DNA of 25,448 bases. Source: a virus. Lineage: Duplodnaviria > Caudoviricetes. Location of the stretch: the IMG/VR virus record IMGVR_UViG_3300037786_000034, positions 1-25,448 of that record; one strand, given 5' to 3'. The notes beneath the pieces were generated by a model. It saw only the letters and a program-made list of their open reading frames with translations, was not told the origin of the DNA and did no database searches. This document shows, in pieces, positions 7,147 through 15,381 of this stretch (within the stretch, counting starts at the first letter, position 1; every line of letters starts with the position of its first letter). Both the position numbers and the translations under genes were made by a program.

Positions 7147-8642
7147 TGAACTGGCGGCAGCGCCTCGGGGCGTTTATCGGTGGGTTTGACGCAGGCCAGC
7201 ATCATCGGCGCCTGCGCGGGTTCCAGGCGACACGCGCGCATGTGAATGCCCTCATTGCAGCCTCCGGGCCCGACATCACCGCCCGTGCCCGCTGGCTCGT
7301 GCGCAACAATGGCTATGCCGTGAATGCAATCGAGAGTTGGGCCGCCAATACGGTCGGCGATGGGATTAAACCGATCTCGAAGCTCGCCAATGCCACCCAG
7401 AAAGAGGAGCTGCAACGGCTCTGGCTCGCTTGGACGGATGAGGCCGATGCCGAGGGGCTGACGGATTTCTACGGGCTACAGCGCCGGGCGGCGCGCGAGG
7501 TGTTTCTGGCGGGTGAGGTCTTTGTTCGTATCCGGCCGCGGCGGGTGGAGGACGGCCTCACGGTTCCGCTCCAACTGCAAATGCTGCCCTCGGAAATGCT
7601 GCCGCTGCATGAAACAGGCGTGGCGCGGAATGGCAACGCGATCCGGCAGGGCATCGAGTTTGACCGAATTGGACGTCGCGTCGCCTATCACTTTTTCCGC
7701 CGCCACCCAGGCGACAGCACTGATCCAGGTCTCTCCGGTGAGATTGTTCGAGTGCCTGCCTCGGAGGTGATCCACGTCATCGACCCAGTCGAGGGTGGTC
7801 AGCTGCGCGGCGTGTCGAAACTGGCCCCGGCGATCGTGAAGTTGTTCCTTTTGGATCAATACGACGACGCGGAGTTGGACCGGAAAAAGGTTGCGGCGAT
7901 GTATGCGATGTTCGTGACCTCGCCCGCCCCGGAGAACCCTCTCGCCCCCTTGGAAGATGAGGAGATGCCCGCCGGCGTCGAGATCAGCCCAGGCCAAATC
8001 GTGCGACTGGATCCCGGCGAGGATGTGACCGTGGGCCAACCGGCAGACAGTGGGGCAACCTATGAGCCGTTCCAGTATCGGACGCTGCTACAGATCTCGG
8101 CTGCGCTGGGCATCCCCTACCCCTACCTCGCAAACGACATGGTGAAGGGCAACTTCTCGAACTCGCGCCTGGCGCTTATCGAATTCCGCCGCCGGGTCTC
8201 GGCCTGGCAGCATTCGGTGATGGTCTATCAGCTCTGCCGACCGGTCTACGCGCGCTGGTTGGACCTCGCAGTTCTGTCCGGAGCGCTGTCCCTGCCCGGC
8301 TATGAGGCCGACCGCCCACGGATGCTGGCCGCCGATTGGCTGCCCACGAAATGGGACTGGGTCGACCCGCTGAAAGACGCCAATGCCGAGATCGCCCAGA
8401 TCGAGGCGGGGCTGAAATCTCGCACTCAGGCCATCGCCGAGCGCGGCTATGACGCCGAGCAGGTCGATCGCGAGATTGCGGCAGAGCGGGAACGTGAACG
8501 CGCGCTGGGCCTCGATTTCCGGCGGCCTGGCTCCCCCGCGCAGGGCGTCCAGGCCATATCGGACGAGGGAGAGCAACCAGAGACCGAAGATGAAGCCGAT
8601 GACGCGGAAGACCGCCCGCGCGCTGACGAGGACCAACCCTGA
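7146..8642 (+). CDS. portal protein, lambda family
   Basis: ARARWLVRNNGYA, GIEFDRIGRRVAY, GQLRGVS, NFSNSRLALIEF and WVDPLKD motifs; position. Alternative GTG start at 7143. Confidence 0.95.
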   Translation: MNWRQRLGAFIGGFDAGQHHRRLRGFQATRAHVNALIAASGPDITARARWLVRNNGYAVNAIESWAANTVGDGIKPISKLANATQKEELQRLWLAWTDEADAEGLTDFYGLQRRAAREVFLAGEVFVRIRPRRVEDGLTVPLQLQMLPSEMLPLHETGVARNGNAIRQGIEFDRIGRRVAYHFFRRHPGDSTDPGLSGEIVRVPASEVIHVIDPVEGGQLRGVSKLAPAIVKLFLLDQYDDAELDRKKVAAMYAMFVTSPAPENPLAPLEDEEMPAGVEISPGQIVRLDPGEDVTVGQPADSGATYEPFQYRTLLQISAALGIPYPYLANDMVKGNFSNSRLALIEFRRRVSAWQHSVMVYQLCRPVYARWLDLAVLSGALSLPGYEADRPRMLAADWLPTKWDWVDPLKDANAEIAQIEAGLKSRTQAIAERGYDAEQVDREIAAERERERALGLDFRRPGSPAQGVQAISDEGEQPETEDEADDAEDRPRADEDQP

Positions 8643-10063
8643 TGCTCCATGCCCGCATTGCTGCACGCGCATTCAACACACCGCTGCTGGTCGAACCCAC
8701 CAAGGCCATGGCGTTTCTATCAGGGCTCGGGCCGCGCATCCTCGGACGACGAGTGGACATGACGGAGAGTGGCGAAACGCCAGATGGCGCTGCCAGTCTC
8801 CCCGCCCGCGCCAGCATACTCGCTGGGAACCTTGCCGAGCGCCTGCAGCAACATGGCAATGCGCCCTACCCGGTCGTAGACGGCATCGCCGTGATCGAGA
8901 TCGCAGGCGTATTGATCCATCGTGGCGGCTGGATCGGACAGTCCTCGGGCCAGACCAGCTATGAGGGGATCGCGGCGCAGATCGAGGCGGCGGCAAGTGA
9001 TCCTGCGGTGCGCGCCATTGCATTGGAAATCGATAGTTTCGGGGGCGAAGTGGCCGGCGTTTTTGACCTCGCCGATCGCATTCGGGCGATCCGGGGTACA
9101 AAGCCCGTCTGGGCCTTCGTCGCCGAACATGCCTTCTCTGCAGGCTATGCGCTGGCCTCCCAAGCCGATCGCATCCTTTTACCGCGCACCGGCGCCGTGG
9201 GCAGTATCGGGGTTGTCGTCATGCATGCCGACCTCAGCGGTCAGCTCGATCAAGACGGCGTGCGCGTCACGCTGGTCCATTCCGGCCAGCACAAGGTCGA
9301 TGGCAATCCCTATGAGCCGCTGCCCGAGAACGTGCGCGATGACATCCAGCGCGAGATCGATGTGCTGCGGTTCCTCTTCGCCGAGACTGTCGCCGCGGGC
9401 CGCGCTGGGCGGCTGAGCCAGGACGCAGCGCTGGCGACCGAGGCTGCGACCTTCCGCGGGACGGATGCCATCGCCACAGGCCTCGCCGATGAGGTGATCG
9501 ACCTCACCCGTGGCTTTGCCCGCTTTCGCGAAAGCCTGTCTGCCCCATCACCCACCGCGCGGCTGCCCCGCGCCAGTCATCCCCGAGCAAAGGAGGCCGC
9601 CATGAGCGCCACAACTGACGCCACTGAGGCAAATACGGAAATCAGAGATGCCGAGGACACCGTGCTGGAGAGCGCGACTGAACAAGATGAGCAGGAAGCT
9701 GAACAAAGCGTGCAGGAAGAAGACCCCGCGCCCGTCGCAGCTGCCGCGCCTTTGCCCGCCCCGGCGGCTGCGCAACCCAGCAATCTGGCGGAACTGTCGG
9801 CGCAGCTTCGCGAGGCGGCAGCGGAGATCGCCGAGATCGCGGCGCAAGCAGGTCGCCTCGGGGTCGCAATCGATGCTGCGAAAGCACTTCGCGATGGTAC
9901 AGCGCCAGAAGCCCTCCGCAAACTGGTCCTTCAGCGCGCCGCAGCGTCGGCGGATGCCCGCGATATCGTTGCGGCGCCACCCTCTCCTGTTCTCCCCAAA
10001 TCCGCTGAAAGCCCGATTGTGGCTGCCGCGAAGAAGGCTGCCTCGGCGGGCAGCAGGGGCTGA
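8642..10063 (+). CDS. S49 family prohead protease (lambda gpC-like) with C-terminal scaffold
   Basis: IDSFGGEVAG, AFSAGYALASQAD, GAVGSIGV and GLAD motifs, followed by an acidic, Ala/Pro-rich tail. Confidence 0.93.
   Translation: MLHARIAARAFNTPLLVEPTKAMAFLSGLGPRILGRRVDMTESGETPDGAASLPARASILAGNLAERLQQHGNAPYPVVDGIAVIEIAGVLIHRGGWIGQSSGQTSYEGIAAQIEAAASDPAVRAIALEIDSFGGEVAGVFDLADRIRAIRGTKPVWAFVAEHAFSAGYALASQADRILLPRTGAVGSIGVVVMHADLSGQLDQDGVRVTLVHSGQHKVDGNPYEPLPENVRDDIQREIDVLRFLFAETVAAGRAGRLSQDAALATEAATFRGTDAIATGLADEVIDLTRGFARFRESLSAPSPTARLPRASHPRAKEAAMSATTDATEANTEIRDAEDTVLESATEQDEQEAEQSVQEEDPAPVAAAAPLPAPAAAQPSNLAELSAQLREAAAEIAEIAAQAGRLGVAIDAAKALRDGTAPEALRKLVLQRAAASADARDIVAAPPSPVLPKSAESPIVAAAKKAASAGSRG
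9602..10063 (+). CDS. nested in-frame scaffolding protein (Nu3-like), putative
   Basis: Strong SD AAGGAGG (9590-9596) before an in-frame ATG at the protease/low-complexity boundary. Confidence 0.65.
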   Translation: MSATTDATEANTEIRDAEDTVLESATEQDEQEAEQSVQEEDPAPVAAAAPLPAPAAAQPSNLAELSAQLREAAAEIAEIAAQAGRLGVAIDAAKALRDGTAPEALRKLVLQRAAASADARDIVAAPPSPVLPKSAESPIVAAAKKAASAGSRG

Positions 10064-10096
10064 ACCGCCCGCCCCAAGCAGCTGACCGCCCACCTG

Positions 10097-10134
10097 ATCC
10101 CCCGCCGTTCCTCCCCGGCGGGGGATTTCTTTTT
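10097..10134 (+). terminator. intrinsic terminator-like hairpin between protease and decoration genes
   Basis: Perfect 11-bp stem ATCCCCCGCCG/CGGCGGGGGAT, loop TTCCTCCC, then TTCTTTTT. Confidence 0.7.
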
Positions 10135-10160
10135 GACCCCCAAATCTTCGGAGATTGCCC

Positions 10161-10541
10161 ATGTCCGTGCTGACCCAACCGCCCACGATGGGCGATGTCC
10201 TCAAATACGAGCTGAACCCCAACTTCACCCGCGAGACCGTCACACTGTTGGCTGGCACCAGCTACCCGGTCGGCGCTGTACTCGGTCGCATCACCGCGAG
10301 CGGCAAGATGAAGCTCAGCACCGCCACAGGCACTGACGGCGCGCAGAACGCGGCCGCTGTCCTGCTTTACGACGTCGACGCGACAGCGGCTGATGCGACC
10401 GGCATCGTCGTCCTGCGCGGCCCCGCCATCGTCTCGAAAGCGGCGCTCGTCTTCGACGCCAGTGTCGATGACGCAGCCAAGACGGCGGCCAAACACGCCC
10501 AGTTGACCGCGCTCGGCATCATCCCACGCGACGCCGCCTGA
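10161..10541 (+). CDS. head decoration protein (gpD-like)
   Basis: RETVTLLAG...GAVLGRITASGK...AAAVLLYDVDA; SD GGAG; lies just before the capsid gene. Confidence 0.9.
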   Translation: MSVLTQPPTMGDVLKYELNPNFTRETVTLLAGTSYPVGAVLGRITASGKMKLSTATGTDGAQNAAAVLLYDVDATAADATGIVVLRGPAIVSKAALVFDASVDDAAKTAAKHAQLTALGIIPRDAA

Positions 10542-10581
10542 TCCGGCCGCAAGATTCCTCCCCTCATTCCCGGAGTTCCCC

Positions 10582-11604
10582 ATGACTATCACGCGCAACC
10601 CGTTTGACGCGGGCGGCTACTCGCTCGCTGAGATGACGCAGGCCATCAACATCCTGCCCAACCTCTACACACGCCTCGGCCAGATCGGCCTCTTCCGCTT
10701 TGAAGGCGTCACCCAGCGCTCGATCGTCATCGAACAGCGCCAAGGCGTCTTGAGCCTGCTGCCCTCGGTCCCGCTAGGCGCGCCTGCCACTGTCGGCACG
10801 CGCGAGCAGCGCTCGATGCGCAGCTTCGCCCTGCCCTGGATCCCGCATGACGATGTGATCCTGCCCGCCGATATCCAGGGCATGCCCGCGCTGGGCGTCT
10901 CGGATGCGGCTGACCCGCTGGTCGAGGTGATGAACCGCAAGCTGACGCTGATGCGCCGCAAGCATGCCCAGACCCGCGAATACATGGAGATGAACGCTCT
11001 CAGGGGCATCGTGAAGGACGGCGCGGGCACGACCCTCTACAACTACTTCACCGAATTCGGCATCGAACAGATCTCGGTCGACTTCGTCTTCGGCACCGCC
11101 GGAACGAACATTCAGGGCAAGGTCCGAACCGTCCTTCGCGGGATTGAGGACAGCCTTCTCGGCGAGACCATGACCACGGCGCACGCGCTGGTAAGTTCGG
11201 AGTTCTTCGACAAGCTAATCAGCCACCCGAAGACCGAAGAGGCGTACAAGTTCTTCTCCGCCACCGGCGGTCAGCCGCTTCGCGAGGATATGCGTCGGGC
11301 CTTCCCCTTCGCAGGGATTCTCTTTGAGGAATATAACGGTTCGGTCACGCTCTCAAACGGCACTTCGGAGCGTCTGATCCCCGCGGGCGAAGGCATCGCC
11401 TTCCCGCTTGGCACCTTCGACACCTTCACCACTTATGGCGGACCGGCCAACTTGCTGGAGACGGCCAACACCGTGGGCCTGCCGCTTTATGCGCGGCAGA
11501 TGATGGACACTAAAGGCCGCTGGATCGATCTCATGACCGAGGCTTCGATCCTGCCGGTGAACAAGCGCCCGCGGCTGGCAATCCGGATCTTCAGCTCGAA
11601 CTGA
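10582..11604 (+). CDS. major capsid protein, lambda gpE family
   Basis: 340 aa; TREYMEMNALRG, FAGILFEEY, ETANTVGLPLYA and LPVNKRP motifs; SD GGAG. Confidence 0.93.
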   Translation: MTITRNPFDAGGYSLAEMTQAINILPNLYTRLGQIGLFRFEGVTQRSIVIEQRQGVLSLLPSVPLGAPATVGTREQRSMRSFALPWIPHDDVILPADIQGMPALGVSDAADPLVEVMNRKLTLMRRKHAQTREYMEMNALRGIVKDGAGTTLYNYFTEFGIEQISVDFVFGTAGTNIQGKVRTVLRGIEDSLLGETMTTAHALVSSEFFDKLISHPKTEEAYKFFSATGGQPLREDMRRAFPFAGILFEEYNGSVTLSNGTSERLIPAGEGIAFPLGTFDTFTTYGGPANLLETANTVGLPLYARQMMDTKGRWIDLMTEASILPVNKRPRLAIRIFSSN

Positions 11605-11616
11605 GGCCGCTGAGAT

Positions 11617-11928
11617 ATGACGGTCTTTGCCGTGGCCCTCGATCTGCTCTTCGCTGATCCAAACCTCGCCCACGAGGCTTGGCATCGTGACAGCGAAGGG
11701 CAGTTCACCCGCATCCGCATCATCATGCGTCGTAGTGATGATGTGACCACGTTTGGGGCCGCGCGTCTGGTGTCAGAGACTATGCGCTTTGATGTGCGCG
11801 TCTCGGAACTCCCCGCGCCCCGCCCCGATGAACAGATCCTCATTGGAGACGAAACCTTCCTGATCCAAGGCGAGCCGATCCGCGATCGGGAGCGCTTGAT
11901 CTGGACAATAACAGTATCACTGGCTTGA
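11617..11928 (+). CDS. head-tail joining protein (FII-like)
   Basis: Position after capsid; beta-rich FDVRVSELPAPRPDEQILIGDETFLIQGEP. Confidence 0.8.
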   Translation: MTVFAVALDLLFADPNLAHEAWHRDSEGQFTRIRIIMRRSDDVTTFGAARLVSETMRFDVRVSELPAPRPDEQILIGDETFLIQGEPIRDRERLIWTITVSLA

Positions 11929-11955
11929 AACATGAAACCTGTCCGAGCGACAGCA

Positions 11956-12249
11956 TCAATCGTCGGCCGCAGCTGCTTCAATAAGCTCTCTAACCTTTTC
12001 AAAGGTATCCGGGGCATCGTTCGAGCCCGATGACCTTAGCTTGAGCTGGGGAGTATTGATCTTCAACGACCAGGAAAATCCATCACAAACTTCGAGATTA
12101 TCGTATTGCTTTCGCCAATCTGAAACACCAATGCGTTGGAGCGATCGGATTACGACTTCCCATTTTGTGTTCTGTGGCGTGAGCACGATTGGCTCTTTGA
12201 GAAGCCCTGGCATGAAATTCAATTCAAATACAATGTAAGGGGGCTGCAT
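11956..12249 (-). CDS. moron-like hypothetical protein, antisense and lower GC
   Basis: AT-richer ORF with W..QY....CDGFSWSL.I....SSGSNDAP..F motif; GGAG SD before ATG 12249 (TTG 12261 is an alternative start). Confidence 0.7.
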   Translation of the reverse strand: MQPPYIVFELNFMPGLLKEPIVLTPQNTKWEVVIRSLQRIGVSDWRKQYDNLEVCDGFSWSLKINTPQLKLRSSGSNDAPDTFEKVRELIEAAAADD

Positions 12250-12351
12250 CAGTGGCTCCAAAGGCTTTTTCCTTGGGAAAGCTTAAACTCCCCATGCACT
12301 CACGCAACAACGCAAGTTTTTCACCATGCAAAAGCGTTCCTACAGGCTCTG

Positions 12352-12984
12352 ATGAAACTCAACCTCTCAGTCACCGGTGACATCGTTACCGCGATGCGCG
12401 CCGAAATCCTCGCTGGCGAAAGGGCCGTGACCAAGGCCATGCGCGTTGCAGGCGCGGGTCTCAAATCCGACTGGCGCGCCCAGATCACGCGCGCCCGCCT
12501 TGGACAGCGGCTTGCCAACACGATCAGGTCCAAGACCTATCCCGCTGCGGGCGAAAGCCTCGAGGCGGCCGCGCTGGTCTGGTCCAACGCACCCCAGATC
12601 ATCGGGGCGCATGACACGGGCCCACTGATCCGTTCAAAGGACGGCTTCTGGCTTGCCATCCCAACGCCAGCGGCCGGTAAGGGCACGCGCGGCAAGGCGC
12701 TCACGCCCGGCGAATGGGAAAGGCGGCGCGGGTTGCGCCTTCGGTTTGTCTATCGGCGGGGCGATCCAAGCCTGCTCGTTGCCGACGGGCGGCTGAACAG
12801 CCGTGGGCTGGGCGTGGCATCACGATCCAAGACTAGGCGTGGACAGAGCACGGTGCCGATTTTCCTCTTGGTGCCGCAAGTAAAGCTTTCGAAACGGCTG
12901 TCTCTGGCGCGGGACGCCGAACGCGCGCAGGCAGCGATACCAGGATTGATCGTGGCGAACTGGATGAAACAGCTTAACGTTTAG
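12352..12984 (+). CDS. DUF6441-like putative tail completion/neck protein
   Basis: Basic protein starting MKLNLSVTGD where GC returns to the phage level; position between head-tail joining and tail terminator genes. Confidence 0.8.
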   Translation: MKLNLSVTGDIVTAMRAEILAGERAVTKAMRVAGAGLKSDWRAQITRARLGQRLANTIRSKTYPAAGESLEAAALVWSNAPQIIGAHDTGPLIRSKDGFWLAIPTPAAGKGTRGKALTPGEWERRRGLRLRFVYRRGDPSLLVADGRLNSRGLGVASRSKTRRGQSTVPIFLLVPQVKLSKRLSLARDAERAQAAIPGLIVANWMKQLNV

Positions 12985-13219
12985 CGTTCAACGCTCTTTC
13001 GACAAATGTCTCTGCGTCACCGACGGTAACGATTTCTTCGGCCTCAGCATCCATAATTTCGAGCTGAAATGCTTCTTCGAAGAGCATGATCAGCTCAACT
13101 TTATCGAGGCTGTTAGCGTCAAGATCCTGAATGAAAGAGGTCTCGTGCGAGAGTTCTTCCACGCTGAGATCAAATTTATTCGCCACAATTTCGCGAACAG
13201 TAACTTCAGATGCGCTCAT
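12974..13219 (-). CDS. acpP: acyl carrier protein homolog (variant NSL motif), antisense moron
   Basis: 81 aa, acidic. SFIQDLDANSLDKVELIMLFEEAFQLEIMDAEAEEIVTVGDA aligns without gaps to AcpP [42 protein letters not shown]. Ser37 retained; SD GAGGAGG. Confidence 0.9.
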   Translation of the reverse strand: MSASEVTVREIVANKFDLSVEELSHETSFIQDLDANSLDKVELIMLFEEAFQLEIMDAEAEEIVTVGDAETFVERALNAKR

Positions 13220-13297
13220 GGTCAGGCCTCCTCTAGCGGGAGCGATTACCTCCGCGCAGTGCGTACATCGACCTAGTCGCCCCTGAGAAAAAACTCA

Positions 13298-13723
13298 ATG
13301 CCCACCACCCGCGAAACCATCCTGACCGCCCTGGCGGACCTGCTCAGGACGATCCCGCATGTGCCAGTTCTGCGCGGGGAAGTCTTGCCAGAACGCATCC
13401 CGCCCGCAGGTCTCATGATCTTGCGCGACGGCACCCCGGGAGACCCAGGCGTAACCTTGTCGCCGCTGACCTATCATTTTCAGCATCGGGCTGAACTCGA
13501 GATGATCGTGCAATCAGCAACGGATCGGGACGCCCTTTTCGACGCACTTGTCGCTCAGATCGGCGCGGTAATCGCCGCAGACCGAACTTTGCGAGGTCTA
13601 TGCGACTGGGTCGAGCCGGAGGCTGCTGAACCTGTCGATCTTCCAGTCGAGGGCGCCGCCTCTCTGAAAGCCGGAATCATTCCGATCACCCTCCACTACG
13701 CGACCAGTGACGCACTGGGCTGA
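13298..13723 (+). CDS. putative tail terminator protein (gpU-like)
   Basis: 141 aa immediately before the tail tube; RETILTAL start, ADRTLRGL motif and I.LHY end. Confidence 0.7.
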   Translation: MPTTRETILTALADLLRTIPHVPVLRGEVLPERIPPAGLMILRDGTPGDPGVTLSPLTYHFQHRAELEMIVQSATDRDALFDALVAQIGAVIAADRTLRGLCDWVEPEAAEPVDLPVEGAASLKAGIIPITLHYATSDALG

Positions 13724-13748
13724 CGAGACCAATTCAAGGAGTATCACC

Positions 13749-14690
13749 ATGGCACGAGCCCAAGGGGCGCGGGCGCAAATGGCGCTTGCGTTCGAGACGA
13801 CATACGGCACGCCGCCTGCGAGCGGCTTCACCAAAATGCCGTTTGCCAGCACGACGCTGGGGGCAGAGCAACCGCTGCAGACCTCGGAACTGCTGGGCTA
13901 CGGGCGCGATCCGCAGGCGCCGATCAAGGATGCGGTGACGGCGGATGGCAATGTGGTGGTGCCGATCGATGCCGAGGCTTTCGGATTCTGGCTGAAGGCC
14001 GCTTTTGGCGCGCCCACCACAACGGGTGCCGATGCCCCCTACACACACTCATTCCGCTCCGGAAACTGGGCGCTGCCGTCGTTCTCGGTCGAAACCGGGA
14101 TGCCCGAGGTGCCGCGCTATGCGATGTATTCCGGCTGTATGGTCGATAGCCTGAACTGGCAGATGGCGCGCTCTGGGCTGCTGACGGCCACGACCAGCAT
14201 TGTGGCGCAGGGCGAGACCATCGCGACGAGCACCGCGGCAGGCACGCCCGCAAACATCGCGCTGAAACGCTTCGGGCATTTCAACGGAGCGATCACCCGG
14301 AATGGGGCGAACATCGGGAACGTCGTCTCTGCCGACCTGACCTATGCCAACAACCTCGACCGCATCGAGACGATCCGGGCCGACGGCAAGATCGATGGCG
14401 CAGACCCGTCCATTGCGGCCCTGACCGGCAATGTCGTTGTCCGCTTCGCTGATCAGACGCTGGTGCAACAGGCGATCAACGGCGAGGCCTGCGAGCTTGA
14501 GTTCTCCTACACGCTGGCAACCGGCGAGAGCCTGACCGTTACGGCCCACGCTGTTTACCTTCCACGCCCGCGGATCGAGATCTCGGGCCCGCAAGGTGTA
14601 CAGGCCACCTTTGATTGGCAGGCGGCCAGCGATCCCGTCGTGGGCCGGATGTGCACCGTCACCCTGACCAACGCCCGCGAGGTTTACTGA
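13749..14690 (+). CDS. tail tube protein
   Basis: SD AAGGAG before ATG 13749; AFETTYGT.P, SFSVETG and Y.NNL motifs; beta-rich; precedes chaperones and tape measure. Confidence 0.88.
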   Translation: MARAQGARAQMALAFETTYGTPPASGFTKMPFASTTLGAEQPLQTSELLGYGRDPQAPIKDAVTADGNVVVPIDAEAFGFWLKAAFGAPTTTGADAPYTHSFRSGNWALPSFSVETGMPEVPRYAMYSGCMVDSLNWQMARSGLLTATTSIVAQGETIATSTAAGTPANIALKRFGHFNGAITRNGANIGNVVSADLTYANNLDRIETIRADGKIDGADPSIAALTGNVVVRFADQTLVQQAINGEACELEFSYTLATGESLTVTAHAVYLPRPRIEISGPQGVQATFDWQAASDPVVGRMCTVTLTNAREVY

Positions 14691-14692
14691 CC

Positions 14693-15055
14693 ATGTTGCG
14701 ATTGAATCTCTCTACTGAGCCGCGCTGGCTCGACTTGGGTCATGGCGTTCGCCTGCTGGTGGAGCCGCTGACCACCGCCATCATGTTGGCCGCACGGAGC
14801 GATCCGACGATCATCGCAGCAGCAGCAGATTCTGGAGGCAGCGCCTCCAACGACGACCTTGCGCGCATCGTCGCCAAGGCCGTGGCCCGTATCGTCGTGA
14901 GAGACTGGGAGGGCGTCGGCGATGAAGATGGCCAACCGCTGCCTCTGACGCCCGAGGGCATCGACGCCCTGCTGGAGCTGTGGCCGATCTTCGAAGCGTT
15001 TCAGACAAAGTACATCGCGGGCGCGCTGATCCTGGACGCGGAAAAAAACGCCTGA
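14693..15055 (+). CDS. tail assembly chaperone (gpG-like)
   Basis: DWEGVGDEDGQPLP motif; ends in slippery GAA AAA AAC GCC TGA. Confidence 0.82.
   Translation: MLRLNLSTEPRWLDLGHGVRLLVEPLTTAIMLAARSDPTIIAAAADSGGSASNDDLARIVAKAVARIVVRDWEGVGDEDGQPLPLTPEGIDALLELWPIFEAFQTKYIAGALILDAEKNA
15043..15049 (+). other. programmed -1 ribosomal frameshift heptamer A AAA AAC
   Basis: In-frame X XXY YYZ heptamer just before the chaperone stop; the -1 frame stays open to 15381. Confidence 0.8.
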
Positions 15056-15381
15056 CCGCTCTCACCGACTGGGAGTTCGGCGGGGGCGGTGAGTACTGCG
15101 CCGCATGCCCATCTGTTTGCGCGGAATGCCCACGCACTCTCCATCAACCTATGACCCTCGAGGGCTGGCAGGTCTGGGATCTGGTCCAGCGCCTCGGTGG
15201 ACAGGTGCGCGTTGCTGGCGGCATGAGCGGCGGCGCTGTCCTCGGCTGGGACATGGGCGCAGCCCTCCAACTCGGTGCGGCCCTGGGGCTCTCGCCCCTC
15301 ATCATCGCAGAACTCTTGCCACCCATTGAGGCGGTGATGGTGCGCAAGACAAACGAAGAGATCGAACATCGACATGGCTGA
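15043..15381 (+). CDS. gpT-like frameshift extension of the tail chaperone (DUF7697-like)
   Basis: -1 frame ORF KRLTALTDWEFGGGGEYCAACPSVCAECP...; overlaps the tape measure start by 8 nt. Confidence 0.75.
   Translation, partial: KKRLTALTDWEFGGGGEYCAACPSVCAECPRTLHQPMTLEGWQVWDLVQRLGGQVRVAGGMSGGAVLGWDMGAALQLGAALGLSPLIIAELLPPIEAVMVRKTNEEIEHRHG

Noticed and set aside
12136-12351. N-terminal extension of the DUF6441-like ORF
   Set aside because: Lies in the low-GC insert and overlaps the antisense gene; ATG 12352 is the better start.
13298-13723. Reading this gene as an acyl-CoA transferase partnering the adjacent ACP (a label I recall on similar prophage proteins)
   Set aside because: Too short, no CoA-transferase motif seen, and it sits in the tail-terminator position; a metabolic pair with the ACP is unsupported.
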